DNA from: Octopus sinensis
Taxonomy: Eukaryota
Reading direction: 5' to 3'
NCBI RefSeq assembly: GCF_006345805.1
Contig: NW_021835248.1
Span: forward strand, 1 to 41,949
Length of the DNA stretch: 41,949 nucleotides
This document shows, one piece after another, positions 10,060 to 22,676 of this stretch. Each line of letters opens with the position of its first letter. The first letter of the stretch is position 1. The position numbers and the translations under genes were made by a program. The notes below the pieces were generated by a model. The model was not told where the DNA came from, did not search any database, and saw only the letters and a program-made list of their open reading frames with translations.

Positions 10060-10670
10060 AAATAGTTCCAGTTATAGTTTCAATGTGTTGACTGGAATAT
10101 CAGCGAAATAAGGAAGACTGACAGGCAAATCCGTAAGCTGCTGACTTGCAATAAGATGCACCACCCAAAGGGTAGATGCAGATCGTCTTTATCTAGCCAG
10201 AGCTGAAGGAGATCGAGACCTGATCAAATTGGAAATACCTTACAAAACCATCACAATTGGACTGACTAAACATCTTGAAACATCTAACGACTGGATGCTA
10301 AAACTCGTTGAAAACCATGAGAGACGTAAGAAGTTTCATTCTGTCATGAAGGAGAGCAACAACTTTGCTAATGAGTTTCTGCATGAGTTTTGCTAATGAG
10401 TTGAACAGCACGATGGAATTGCAGCAACTGTATTTGCAATCAAGGTGAAATCAATGGCAAAGCAAAACACGTTTGAACAACTGGCTGATGGGCGGGAACA
10501 AAATCCTCTGCATGGCAGATATGTGGCCAGTAACAAACCAGCTGATGTAGACCAGAAGCATACCCATCAGTGTCTATGGAGTTCTGGGCTAAAAATCAGA
10601 GAATAAAGGCTCAAGATCAGAGCTTATTGACCCGGAACTACCAAGCAAATGTGATAAAAAATGGAGTATT
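10060..10670 (+). mobile_element. R4/Dong-like (RLE-type) non-LTR retrotransposon remnant, post-RT region
   Basis: Frameshifted translation includes DRQIRKLLTCNKMHHPK.DADRLYLAR, W..NPLHGRY and AQDQSLLTRNYQ, which are typical R4/Dong-clade motifs. Confidence 0.75.
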
Positions 10671-10689
10671 TGATCCAGGACTGCAATCC

Positions 10690-11890
10690 AATCAGAGACG
10701 AGCTGCGTAAAAGTGAGTCGGACAAATGGTGACCACACCTGCTCAACGCCAAAGAAACATTAGAGATGTTGCAGGCTCAAGGCATGTCTGCGTCTCAGCA
10801 ACCACGTCATTCCCAGCCCTTCATTCAGTGGATGTTGACAATAAATGGAGCACCTGGCCCTTAAAATAAATCCCTTGCACAGAAAGTAGAAGAGTAGGTG
10901 TGCCACTCTGGTCAGACATAAATTAGGACAAGGCACAATGGTTGGGCAGTTATATATATGACAGACGCAATATATGCGTTCGCCACCTCTGCTTGATCTT
11001 TCAGGGATAGCTTTCTCTTACCCATCTCTGGGTGAGATTGGCCACTCGGCTCATTAGTTCACCCCAGGTCTTCTCCACTTGGAGATTTGAACCAAACCAA
11101 ACTCCGAACATATCAACCAGTCTGTGTGTCAATCGTCCCACGACACTGTTGGGCGGCATATACCTGCCTTTCCAGGTGCCGAGCAGCAGCCTTACTGACT
11201 TTCCTTTTCTTTCTTTCTTTTACTTGTTTCAGTCATTTGACTGCGGCCTTTAGTCGAGCAAATCAACCCCAGGACTTATTCATTGTAAGCCTAGTACTTA
11301 TTCTATCGGGCTCCTTTAACCGATCCGCTAAGCTACGGGGACGTAAACACACCAGCATCGGTTGTCAAGCGATGTTGGGAGGACACACACAGACACACAC
11401 ACACATACATAAATATATATATACATATATACGACGGGCTTCTTTCAGTTTCCGTCTACCAAATCCACTCACAAGGCTTTGGTCGGCCCGAGGCTATAGT
11501 AGAAGACACTTGCCCAAGGTGCCTCGCAGTGGGACTGAACCCGGAACCATGTGGTACGTAAGCAAGCTTCTTACCACACAACCACTCCTACGCCTGTTGA
11601 TTTTTCTCCCCTGTCTCCACTTCGTATTCTCATAGAGCAGTGCCAACCTGGTCTATATACCTGATGTCCGACATTGTAATGGTACGTCATCTGCGTATGT
11701 TGACACGGTCCTCCCATGTTCCGGTTCACACGGAATGCCATTCAGCATCTCCAGTTTCCGTAGTAATATCGCTAGATTCAGTACACACAAAAGAGACGAG
11801 AGGGGACAACGTTGGTGGATCGAGCGCGTGATACTAAATGATTCCGACAGGTTACCATTCACCCGAACTACTGAACAGATGTCGCTGCAT
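10690..11890 (-). mobile_element. L1/Tx1-clade LINE RT remnant, interrupted by a SINE
   Basis: Contains RCPLSSLL, YADD, KIN|[SINE]|EKSV.L.LGTWKGR, FGVWFGSNLQVEKTW, LSLK..AEVANAYIASVI and QHPLNEGLGM. Confidence 0.78.
11218..11595 (-). mobile_element. SINE family A nested in the Tx1 remnant
   Basis: Reverse complement of the 8946-9461 copy along head and tail. Confidence 0.9.
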
Positions 11891-11955
11891 ATTGCAGCAA
11901 TCTGGCAATGGAAGGCTCTGTAGCCTACAGAATGATAGAATTATTATTATCATTA

Positions 11956-12145
11956 AAGGCAGTGAGCTGGCAGAACCGTTATCGCGCCGGGAAAAATGCT
12001 CAGCGGCATTTTGTCCGTCTTTACGCTCTGAGTTCAAATTCCACCGGGGTCGACTTTGCCTTTCATCCATTTGGGGTCGACAAAGAACCAGTTGAACACT
12101 GGCGTCGATGTAGTCAACTTGGTCCTGTGCCAATATTTGAAACCA
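11956..12145 (+). mobile_element. SINE family B
   Basis: 'aaggcagtgagctggcagaaccgtta...gagttcaaattccaccggggtcgactttgcc'. Confidence 0.82.
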
Positions 12146-12510
12146 ACTTATATGAAACATATATTTAGTCTATAAACATGGAGCTGGTGTTGGGATCGTT
12201 GGCGAGGAGAACCCATTTGAGTTCGCATAAACCTAGGTTTATAAAGAAAAAAAAATTTTTTAAAGGAAAACTGGTTCCAGCCAGTTACGTCCTTTGCACT
12301 TCTGGGTTGGTGAAATAAGTACCAGTTATATCGTTGGGTCTATTTAATCTCTCATACGAAACATTCAAGTCTTCCGTTCAAATTGGCGACACAGAAATCA
12401 TCAATTCGCTGCACTAGGGAGTTCGCTGTTTCTCTATTCAAATATCGTCGGGGTCAACCTGCATTTCATTCCTGAAGGGTTGATATTGGAATCGATTCGG
12501 TATTAAGGAC

Positions 12511-13190
12511 CAACAGCAACAACAGCAGTAGAAACAACAACAACAACAACAACAACAGCAAAAACAGTCAAAGTGTGATAATGACAACACGGAGAAGAGC
12601 GAAACTAGCGACAATATGCAATAGCAACCACCAGAAAGAAAGACGAAGAGCAGTGAATTCGCAACAGCACAAACAATAGCAACATTAACAGCAAACGGAA
12701 AAAATACAAAAACAAAAAACAAAAAAAAAACAATAGCAATAACGATATTAACGTGCCACAACAACAACAACAACAACTAAAAACAAACAGCAACAAAAAA
12801 CTGAGAGCAACTGTAACAATAATATAACAACAGCCAATAACAACATTATTGACAACAATAAAGGTAAAATAACAATAATAACACGGCCACCCTCCCCATC
12901 CCCAGTTGCAGCAGTAACAACAACAACAACAACGAACAAAATAGGTTTAAACCAACAAAAATAACAACAATATAAAAGTAATAACAACAGAGACGAAGAC
13001 AGTTTTAAAAAAAAACCTCCCCGTTCTTCCCCCCCGCACCAAAACAGAAAAGCAAAAAAAAACACCAAAAAACCCACCCAGCAGCCACAGTCTGCAGCCC
13101 CCCCCACCACCTCGCCCCATCTCGTATCATTAACATAAAATATAAAACAAAAAAGAAATAAACCAAACAAAACAACAAACTATAAACTGT
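12511..13190. repeat. Degenerate (CAA)n / A+C-rich low-complexity tract
   Basis: Strongly strand-asymmetric CAA/CAG/AAC repeats; source of the spurious poly-L/V/C ORFs. Confidence 0.85.
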
Positions 13191-13734
13191 TTTCCGATTG
13201 GTCCCAAAACGATAAAAGATGGCGTCTTAACTGATTTACTATTGATTGTTAAATTGTTTCTGTTTGCTATTCAAACAGGGAATCGATTGTTAATGGAAGA
13301 GAAGGAAGAGGAGGTGGGGCGGGGGCGTCGTTACATTGTTGTACATATTGTTGTAGTTGTTTAACCCCAGGTCAGTTGTGACGGAGGAAAACCTATGATC
13401 AAAGCTGTTCCCAACGTTGACCATCACGTCTTTCTGTATATCTTGGACTCTATTATCCAATGTGGCTCCTTTGATTCAAGTCTTATCGTGATTCCTCGAC
13501 CATCTGCGAATAGCAGGTCGATTGGCCCCACAGAAGAAGCTGAACGAGGAGTCAATGTGGTGGTCAAGGGAAGAGTGTCGTCATTAGCTTAAAGTCAGTG
13601 TCGGCGTTGAGGGTGCGATCGTTGTATGCTGTGGTGTTCGACGGACAAGTCCTTCATTGTTATATGATGCATTCGTTAACTCTTACATCAATGGCAGCGG
13701 TGATCAACTGCTGATATTGTTCTTTTCCTACTCC

Positions 13735-14100
13735 CCAGTCATATCTGGTCTCCTTGCTTTACTGATATGATCATTTTCTATGAAATTCCATAAAATCCCG
13801 AAAGTGTCATCTATCAACACAGCCTCTGGTTCGTATTCCCACCACTTTTCCATCATTGGAAATCCACGAACTTGGTTACTATCCCAATGCACTCTTTTAC
13901 CAATACAGTCATGCCTGTGTTTATACTCCTTTTGTACTAGCTTACTACGCTCGCGTTGAAGATTATTAATGCTTTCGTCTCTTTCCCTACACTTTCTGTA
14001 TTTGCTATTTGGCTGAGTTTTACCAACCACTGTCTAATTTCTTGTTCCCAAGTGGCTTTAATTAACGATTCAAATTTTCGTTTATGTCAAATTGGTAGTG
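13735..14100 (-). mobile_element. R4/Dong-like remnant (CCHC finger and start of restriction-like endonuclease)
   Basis: Reads (C)RKCRERDESIN...SKLVQKEYKHRHDCIGKRVHWD...ILWNF...DHISKARRPD. Confidence 0.72.
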
Positions 14101-14557
14101 TTCCTCGGTAGCACTTCTAAGTCAGGGACTTCTGGAAATAATCCATTGTAATCCCCAGCCTCAAAGTCCCTTGAAACAGACCGGCTAGTTCATTATAGTC
14201 GTGCCTAGAGTTCTTACCCACCACTAGTTCTCTATATATTGCTAAAGTGGAATTTCTACCACCTGCATTGCGTGGCTACTTGTGGTTGGTAAGCGCCTGA
14301 CGACATTACAGGTACTAATAATAAATGATTTATATTCGTCAGAGCATCAGAAGAGATGCTTTGCGATACTTTATCTTGGCTCTCAACGTTCTGAGCTCAA
14401 TTCTGTCCGAGGCCAATTTTGCCTATCGACCTTCCAGGGTCGATAAAAAAAGAACCAGTCGACTGCTCCTTCACCTAGAATTCCAAGCCTTGTACCTATT
14501 GTAGAAGGAATTATATTTATTGTTATAATTGTTGCAGGCATCCCTTTCCAGCTGTGA

Positions 14558-14870
14558 TAAGGAAGAGCTGTGTCGATGTATGCAGATGACGTCACCTTAA
14601 TGGTGTCGGACATCACGAAGGTGGAAGTAGTCAGCTCCATGCTAACAAAGTTGGAATTAATGACAGGAGCAAAGATAAATCTGGACAAAACGGTGGACTT
14701 ACGGTTTGGCACCTGGAGAGGCAAGTCTTTGCCGTTGATTGCTGGACAGACGGATCGGTTTAATTGCTGAGGGTCTAGATTGGTCCGAATCTCAAGTGGG
14801 ATGAGGTTACGAGCAGGATGTTCAATTTTACTCAGAAATGGGATGAGAGGAAGCTATCTCTGGAAAGCTG
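14558..14870 (+). mobile_element. L1/Tx1-clade RT fragment
   Basis: Reads SMYADDVTLMVSD...TGAKINLDKTV.LRFGTWRGKSLP, homologous to the 10690-11890 remnant. Confidence 0.75.
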
Positions 14871-16974
14871 TTTTTTTTTCATACTGGGTTTGGCAGGACC
14901 ACGAAGAATATGGGTAGACATCTTTCAGATTTGATAAAAAGTAATTAATAGCGAAAGCCAGTTGAGGGTATACTCAATGGGTAGACATTATTTCTTGAGA
15001 AGGCAGGGCACTAACATTTGCATAGTTTAATAGCCATGGATTGAGGGTCTTACATTTATGAACAAACCAGCAGCAGCCGAAGGGATTGACTCAGCTCTGG
15101 AATAAATGGTTTATGTCAGATGTTTTTGACGGACTGATTTCTGTGTTCACTTCGCGCGCATATTCACTTTACCTTCCATCATTCCAGGATCGGTGTAACT
15201 AAAGTGAAATAAAAAAGACAGACAACACCCCCACCAAGGATACACATGTATACATATTTTTTAAAAGGGGGTAAACCAATAACGCTTGGGGCCGAACGGT
15301 AGGCAGGGGCGGGGGTCCAAGAGTGCGGTTCATGTGAACAAATGTCTTTAAAAGTTTGAAAATTTCACAATATTCTATGGTCAACTTGGGGTATTGTGAC
15401 CGGTGTACAGAAGAGAAATTTATAAACATTATTCCCTGGACGTAAATTTATTGCCAGAAATGATTTTCTTAAAGATTTGGCGCGAATTTGCTTTAATTAG
15501 TTAAAGCTGTTTACGAGAATTAGAATTGTCACAGCAGAGACTATAAGGAGATTGGTATTTGCAGTGGATTCGAACTGAAAGCCTAAGGGTCCAACAGTTT
15601 ATTTGGTGTTTACTTTCGTGATTCTATAAACTGCGAAAGTGTTTGAGTGTGTGAAGTCGGAAGGGAAGACGACACAAGAGGAGACAGAGTGTCATTGGAT
15701 AATGGCATTCGGAATGGAATGAATAACAATAAAGTTTGTGGCAGAAGAACCGGAGACGGGTTGGTTGGTTGGTATTGAGAGGCAGGTGTAGGGATCGGTT
15801 GATATGGTGAAGCGGAAACGAACCAGAATCAGATTCTATTGCACACAAGATATATATATATATATATGTATATATTTACTCGACAGAGATATAAAATAAG
15901 AACAAAACAGAGAAAAAGACCCAGTCTTTTCACAAATAAATAACTACCATAGTTGTCACTCGATGTATGCAGCTAAAATGGTTTCTATTAATGTATGATG
16001 GAGGTTGACAGGTGGCGACACCTAACCAGGTTTGAGGGAAGGGTGCTGGCGACGGGGGAGAAATAATTCAACTTCATCAATAATACAAATTGCCCCACAA
16101 TTTTGTTATCGTTCTTTCTTTTCTTCCTCGCTTACTCTACTTCATCATGAACCCTATTTCAATCCCCACCATCACCACCACCACCACCACCATGTACACC
16201 TTATTTAGCTTTTCTTCTCTTACCTCACTTTTTTTTTTTTACTCTTTCCGTTTATCCTTCTAAATCTGTCATTGTGTCATTTATTTTTTCAGTCTCTCTC
16301 TTACTTTCCCGTCCGTTCCTTTCGACATCTTTTTCTCTTCTTTTTCTTCCCCACCATTCCTAATCTCTTTCTTCTCTAATTTACGTCCTTTCTCATGTCT
16401 TCCTTCGTATTTACTACCTTATTTGCCTTTCTTTTCTCTCCGTTTTTGTATTCCTCAAATGTTCATGTTTTCTTTCAACTTCTTCACTTTCTTCTTCTTC
16501 TTCAAGTCACCTTCCACCCGCTCCCCTCCCCCTATACCCCCTTTCGTTTATCTTCTTCTTCTCTCACACAACACCAGCCCTTCAAAACCACTCATATAAA
16601 AGCACAAAATACACACAAAAAACGAAAAAAAGAAAGAAAGAAAACAAAACAAAAAGAAAAAAAAGCAAACAAGAAAAATACCCGAAGAAGTTAAAATAAA
16701 TTCCTGACTTTCCTACTTTCATCCCAAACTCTTCCCCCAGCCCTTCTCCTACACCTCCTTGCTTAATGAATATTAATGAGCACTTGCGTCTATCGATCCC
16801 AGTGACTTGAATCATTGTAACCAAGGGAGACGAACGAAAAATTCTAATAAAACGCGAAAAATCACCGAGACTTACTTGGGCCAATATCTGATTTAAAATG
16901 GCGGATGGAGATAGATTCGGAAAGATTGGTTGGTTGACTGGTCGGCCGGTCTGTTGGTTGGCGGACTCAGTTGA

Positions 16975-17390
16975 CAGTAGTGGTAGTAGTAGTAGTAGTA
17001 GTAATGGTGGAGGTGGTGGGAGTAATGTATAGATTGACGTTAAGGGAATTTGATATGGTGGAAGGAGTGACGGGGGTTAGTGACGGTGATGGCAGGAGTG
17101 ATAATGGCGTTGGGAGTAGAGGGAGTGGTGGGAGTAGAGGATGTGGCGGGAGTAGCGGGTGAGGTGGGAGTGGAACGAGTGGTGGCAGTAGAGGTAGCAG
17201 TGAGAGTAGAGGGAACGGTTGCAGCGACTGTGGTATATATTGACGGTAGATTTGTGGGGACGAGTGTAATTTTGGTGGTGGCAGTGGCGGTAGTAGCAAT
17301 GTTCCTGGTGGAGGGCAAGGTGATGGCGGGGGTGGAAGTGATATTAATGGTTGGGTTACCATTGTACTGGTGTTGGTGATGGTAGTGACG
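16975..17390. repeat. G-rich degenerate (GTA/GTG)n-derived tract with a 9-bp periodic core
   Basis: GGG occurs at 17112, 17121, 17130, 17148, 17157 and 17166. Confidence 0.8.
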
Positions 17391-17489
17391 ATGGAGATAT
17401 ATCGCTGGTGACAGCAAAGTGTTAGTATATATATATATATATCAAAAACTGTCTGATGAACGGCAACGAGAAACTCAGAGTAACAGATT

Positions 17490-17519
17490 TTGTTGAATTT
17501 TCTGCTGCTTAAAATAAAG

Positions 17520-17556
<37 letters not shown>

Positions 17557-17723
17557 CATACATACATATATATATACATACATACATATATATATATATA
17601 CACACACACACACATATGTATACATACATACATATATATATACACACATCCACACATGTATATATATATATATATATACATCCACATTATATATATAAAT
17701 ATATATATACACATACACATTAT

Positions 17724-17761
<38 letters not shown>

Positions 17762-17889
17762 CATACATACATATATATATACATACATACACATTATATA
17801 TATATATACATACATACATATATATATACATACACATTTATATATATATATATACATACACATTATATATATATATATACATACACATT

Positions 17890-17935
<46 letters not shown>
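17490..17935. repeat. Compound (TA)n/(CATA)n/(CA)n microsatellite
   Basis: Direct inspection. Confidence 0.92.
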
Positions 17936-17938
<3 letters not shown>

Positions 17939-18251
17939 TATGATGGGGAGGATGAATATATTCGTGGTAGGAAATAAATATTTGTGCTGATATTATTGAT
18001 AGTTTCCACCAGACGAGGTACGTATATGTGTGTACGTGTGTGTGTGTGTGTGTGTAATTATGCTTAACCACCTCCATACACACATTCACGTGCGATGGAA
18101 TATTTTGGTAGAGTCATGTTCGTTATTTAAATGACACCAGCACTAATATTATTTCGTTTTTATAATTAGAAATACAACAACCCCCTTCGTTGTATGTTCA
18201 CACCCCTTCGTTGTATGTTCACAACCTAATCACTAGTCCATTCCACTCGCT

Positions 18252-18936
18252 ATACATACATACACACACACATACAAAGATACATACAAGCATACATACA
18301 TACACACATACAAAGATACATACAAGCATACATACATACATACGTACATACATACATACGTACGTACGTACGTACATACGTACATACATACATACGTACG
18401 TACATACATACGTACGTACATACATACATACGTACGTACATACATACAAACATACATATATACATACGTACATACATACGTACATACATACATACATACA
18501 CACATGCATACATACATACAGACACACACGCATACATACATACAGACACACACACATACATACATACAGACATACATACATACATACGTACATACATACA
18601 TACATACATACATGCATACATACATACATACGTACATACATACGTACATACATACGTACATACATACGTACATACGTACATACATACATACATACATACA
18701 TACGTACATACATACGTACATACATACGTACATACATACATACATACATACATACATACATACGTACATACATACATACATACGTACATACATACATACG
18801 TACATACATACACACGTACATACATACATATGTACATACATACATATGTACATACATGCATACGTACATACATATGTACGTACATACATATGTACGTACA
18901 TACATACATACAAACGTACATACATACATACATACG
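18252..18936. repeat. ~680-bp (CATA)n array with interspersed CGTA/CACA/CAGA variants
   Basis: Direct inspection; source of the YIHT/MYVC pseudo-ORFs. Confidence 0.95.
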
Positions 18937-18938
18937 AC

Positions 18939-19284
18939 TGAAGGTGCGTGGCTTAGTGGTTAGGGAATTCGGCTTACAACTGTAACGTCGTGAGTTCGAT
19001 TCCCGGCAGCGCGTTGTGCTCTTGAGCAAGACACTTTATTTTCACATTACTCCAGTCCACTCAGCTGGAAAACGCCTAAAGCTCCACGAGGCTCCAGCAG
19101 GGGGTGGGTGGCGATCCTTGCTGTACTCTTTCGCCACAACTTTCTCTCACTCTTTCTTCTGTTGGCCTGCTCGCTTAGCCAGCGGGGTGGCGTCATTTGA
19201 AGGTTAAAACAATGCAAAGCGCATTGTGACTAGCGATGTGTAACAACATCTGATGGCCTGGTCGGTCACGGTGATCATGGTGAT
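18939..19284 (+). mobile_element. tRNA-derived SINE (mosaic of modules seen in the 437 and 836 copies)
   Basis: A-box TGGCTTAGTGG and B-box AGTTCGATTCC. Central block matches 437-742; tail matches 836-950. Confidence 0.82.
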
Positions 19285-19299
19285 ATATATATATAGGGA

Positions 19300-19470
19300 G
19301 AGTTTACGAAAAAAACAACAAAAGACGAAGACAGGTGGTGTACAAAACAAACAGATGTATTAGTATAACGCTCAGGAATAGAAAAAGTCTTTAACGTTTC
19401 GAGCCTACGCTCTTCTACAGAAAGGGACACAGAAAAAACAAGGAGAGAAAAAATGTGTGTAGTGGCTAAC
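19300..19470 (-). mobile_element. Penelope-tail-like short repeat carrying a minimal hammerhead-like motif
   Basis: Minus strand reads CTTT-CTGTAGAA-GAGC-GTAG-GCTC-GAAACGTT-AAAG. Confidence 0.55.
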
Positions 19471-19485
19471 GATCTATCATGGCGA

Positions 19486-19525
<40 letters not shown>

Positions 19526-19676
19526 GCTGAATAAAGTTTGCCAAATCTGTCAACCAATTTATTGCTGTACGGCTTCTTTTCTGGAATGTCTACTTTGGAA
19601 TCAAATGGAATAAAGGTCTGAACTTAGAAATGAACATAAACACATATTTATATTCACACATTCACATACACATATA

Positions 19677-19880
19677 GTGAGGGTTCGTGGCCTTGTGATT
19701 AGTGCGCTGTCTTCTTGAGCAAAATAGTTCATCTCACGTTGTTGTGCGATCACTTTGACACGTGACGTGTGGCCCATCATGATTTGCAGGAGGAGTGAGC
19801 TAATGTACGGCACAAGCATCTGATTACAATAAACAAATCATATGTGCAGGCAGATCAGTGGGAAATTGCAGACCGAACTA
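19677..19880 (+). mobile_element. Degenerate, internally deleted SINE
   Basis: A-box-like GTGGCCTTGTGATTAG followed by 'tcttgagcaa...catctcacgttg', as in the 836 and 18939 families. Confidence 0.5.
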
Positions 19881-20559
19881 CGAGAGACTACGAATATTTC
19901 CGGACATAATTTTACATCCAACGCAATTTGAATATCCGAAAAGAAAACATACTTATATAACTGGATGAGTTAGGATTTGCACTTGGACCTCATAAACCCT
20001 CAGCGACAACGGCTACCCAAATAGACCCATGGGCTGGAGAGTTGTTGCCTGAGGGGTACAGGGGTATCATCCGCCAGGGAGTACTAGGGAATCACTAAGA
20101 AATGGTGGACGCAGCGACGCGCTGTTACATACATACATACACATACATACATACATACATACATACATACATACATACTACTACTACTACTATACACATA
20201 TATACTCTTAGACTGCACTCACATGTACATTCACTCTCATGTTACTCATAGAAGTACCTACACACGCATGCATATTTGCACCCGGATCTCTCGTCCCTAT
20301 ATTTTTGCAGTCATATATAGATAGACACATATAGTTACAGATAATCATACACACATATATTTACAAGTATTCTCAAGTTTCTATGTAAAAAGGAGCATAA
20401 TTAATAGGTATTTTTTTTATTGTAGTTCATAAACCAAAACAGTAACATGCAAAATGACTAAAGTGCAAAACTGACCGTCCCCGTTCATTGAAGTCACTAC
20501 CCCGAAAAAGCGGAGAAGCTGAATGTTGTGAAAATGTAAAAAATTATCATGCATTTAGA

Positions 20560-21320
20560 TACACACCGGGGCAGTAATGTCTTAAGTTTACATATTGATA
20601 TCAGTTTAAAATTCCCATCCAAGATTGAATCCTTACCTAAAAGAATTTCCATAGCTTCCGCTGTGCATATAACGCAAAACATTTTATTTCTATTACAAGA
20701 TTTCATCTTTGGTGAAAACTTCCATATGCTATCATACTGGATGCTTTTATCCTTCAAGTTCTACATATAAGCTGGGATTCGAAATGAATTATTGTATGCG
20801 ATATTGAACCTTAAATTTATTGCCTGTTAAACTTAGATCAAATTTATGAATGGTGAATGGAAAACTAATGGTGCACTTATGCATATCATACAATAGGTAA
20901 TTTGCATTGAGTTAACAGAAATACATTTTACATTATAGCTACCACCAATATAACCAATACTATTATTACTTCTTGTAAATTTAGCTACATCCGAAAGTGC
21001 AATGTTTTGTGTGAAGTTGTGGAATTAGATACTTTAACAGTATTCCGGTTAAAGATATTATAATACCTATGGCATGTCGGAAAATGCCTCGTATGTAAAG
21101 AAATTAAGATCCTTGCTATAGCTCTTGTCACTTCTATATTAAACGATGGATAATACCAAATAAAATGTCTGGGTCTATTCTTTCTAATTCTACTTTCGTA
21201 GTTGATATAATACAGCTTTTTGAAACCACTCCAAGCCAATGATTCGTTGTCATAAGTTCGTCACGGAGGAATGAGATAATCTCAATGAAATATTTTTAAC
21301 CAATTAGTTCTCATGTACCG
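20560..21320 (-). mobile_element. Penelope-like element remnant (RT-EN linker and GIY-YIG endonuclease region)
   Basis: Reads NISLRLS, R.RHFIWYYPSFN...RHFP..H.Y.NIFNRNTVKVS and LKDKSIQY..IWK...C.IC.AE...IL...LIS.C, matching conserved PLE linker and EN motifs. Many stops. Confidence 0.7.
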
Positions 21321-21664
21321 ACGGTTCGAAAATCTATGCGCGCGTGTGTGCATGAGTATGTATAAGCATTTTGGTGTTTGTTTGTGTGTATATATTTGTG
21401 TATGTGTGTATGTGCATGTTGTGTGTGTATGTGTGAGTTGTGTGAGTATGTGTGTGTGTATATGTGTCATTTGCGACGAATTCGCGACTTGATAGCGATT
21501 CAACACTTGTGATGAATCATTTCTCCTGATACATTTGAGGCAGGCATGAACGCCACCACACAGGTTTATCTACCAGAGCTAGATTAATTATATCTTGTTC
21601 GATGTATCTCGTTGTGGCAGATAAATATTACTGGAACTGTATTTCCACCACCCCCGCCATCCTT

Positions 21665-21678
21665 CGCCATCTGGTGGC
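21665..21678 (-). promoter_or_regulatory. Candidate CTCF-binding motif
   Basis: Minus strand GCCACCAGATGGCG matches the CTCF core GCCACCAG(G/A)(G/T)GGCG. Sequence match only. Confidence 0.35.
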
Positions 21679-22245
21679 GAAGATAAAACAAGAAACCCTT
21701 AGATTGGGTTGACAACTTGCTGGAGGTGCCTGCTGGAGCCTAGCAGCAGGTATTTAAAGGGGAAAATTTGACAAGTCAGTCAGTCACCGGCTGACACTCG
21801 CTGACGATACATCGAAGAGGCCAGGGAACAGAAGAAAGAAGACATGCACCCAACACAAGAGCTGAAGACACCCCCGAAAGCGGGGGCCCCGCCACGTCAA
21901 AACGGTAGAGGAGTAGGGGCCGAAACCGGACGTGGTTCCTCCTGATGATGTCTTGAGCTTACTGGATCCTATGAAGGAGCTGTTGTGGTAGCAGACCACG
22001 AAACACGGTTGTAATTCCTCAGCTCAGATTTTCTTTTTTGGTGCGAGGAGGGACGAATTTACCGAGTTGATTATATCAACTCCAAAGCTGCACTAGTATT
22101 CTATAAGAACCCCCAAAAAATGAATGTTGACTCGGGCAGGATTTCAACGTTGAAAGTAAAGAGGAAATAACTAAAATGACGAAAGCCTTTTTGCTCGTAG
22201 TCCACCAGTTTCGTCATTGATCAACTGTCAGATGACCGAGTTAAT

Positions 22246-22676
22246 GGATCTTTTCGGTTTGAACGGCAGTTTTTAACATAATTTCTAGGTAACTAAAAAA
22301 TTTTAAACTGCGTATACTGGTAGAATGTGTTTATAAAACATCATTTTCTCTTGGCTTTAGTGAGAAAATTCTATAGTTTGTAAGATATTTGTTGTTTTTT
22401 TTTTCTTCAATTTCTGCAATTTCAACCAATCAGTACGTCAATTGAGGTAAAAAGCATTCTGTGCCGTATGAATATGTCCCTCGTTAAGAAACAGATTGGG
22501 TTTATTTAAATTTGTGAAGAAAAAAGATACCCTTCCCCCACTCCTAATGCTAATCCTAACTAATCCTAACCCTAAAAGAGATTGAAATGCAATAGATCGA
22601 TTCTAGGGTCATAATTATGGGTGACAATTTCATACGACACCGTTAGAAAAAACTGCCGTTCAAACTGAAAAGATCC
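22246..22676 (+). mobile_element. MITE copy 2
   Basis: Same TIRs; perfect 8-bp TSD GAGTTAAT at 22238-22245 and 22677-22684. Confidence 0.93.

Noticed and set aside
16967-19029. Long ORFs of 120-260 aa ([12 protein letters not shown], proline-rich types)
   Set aside because: These are translations of TA, CATA and GTG microsatellites that lack stops in some frames. They have no domain content or splice context. The same applies to ORFs at 24490-25067, 28404-28858, 35065-35778 and 40620-41135.
21855-21950. CTGAAGA...GAAACCGG...GGTTC as a third hammerhead
   Set aside because: Stem II lacks the G10.1-C11.1 pair and stems I and III cannot both form with a valid NUH. It may be a decayed Penelope-like tail, but I cannot support a call.
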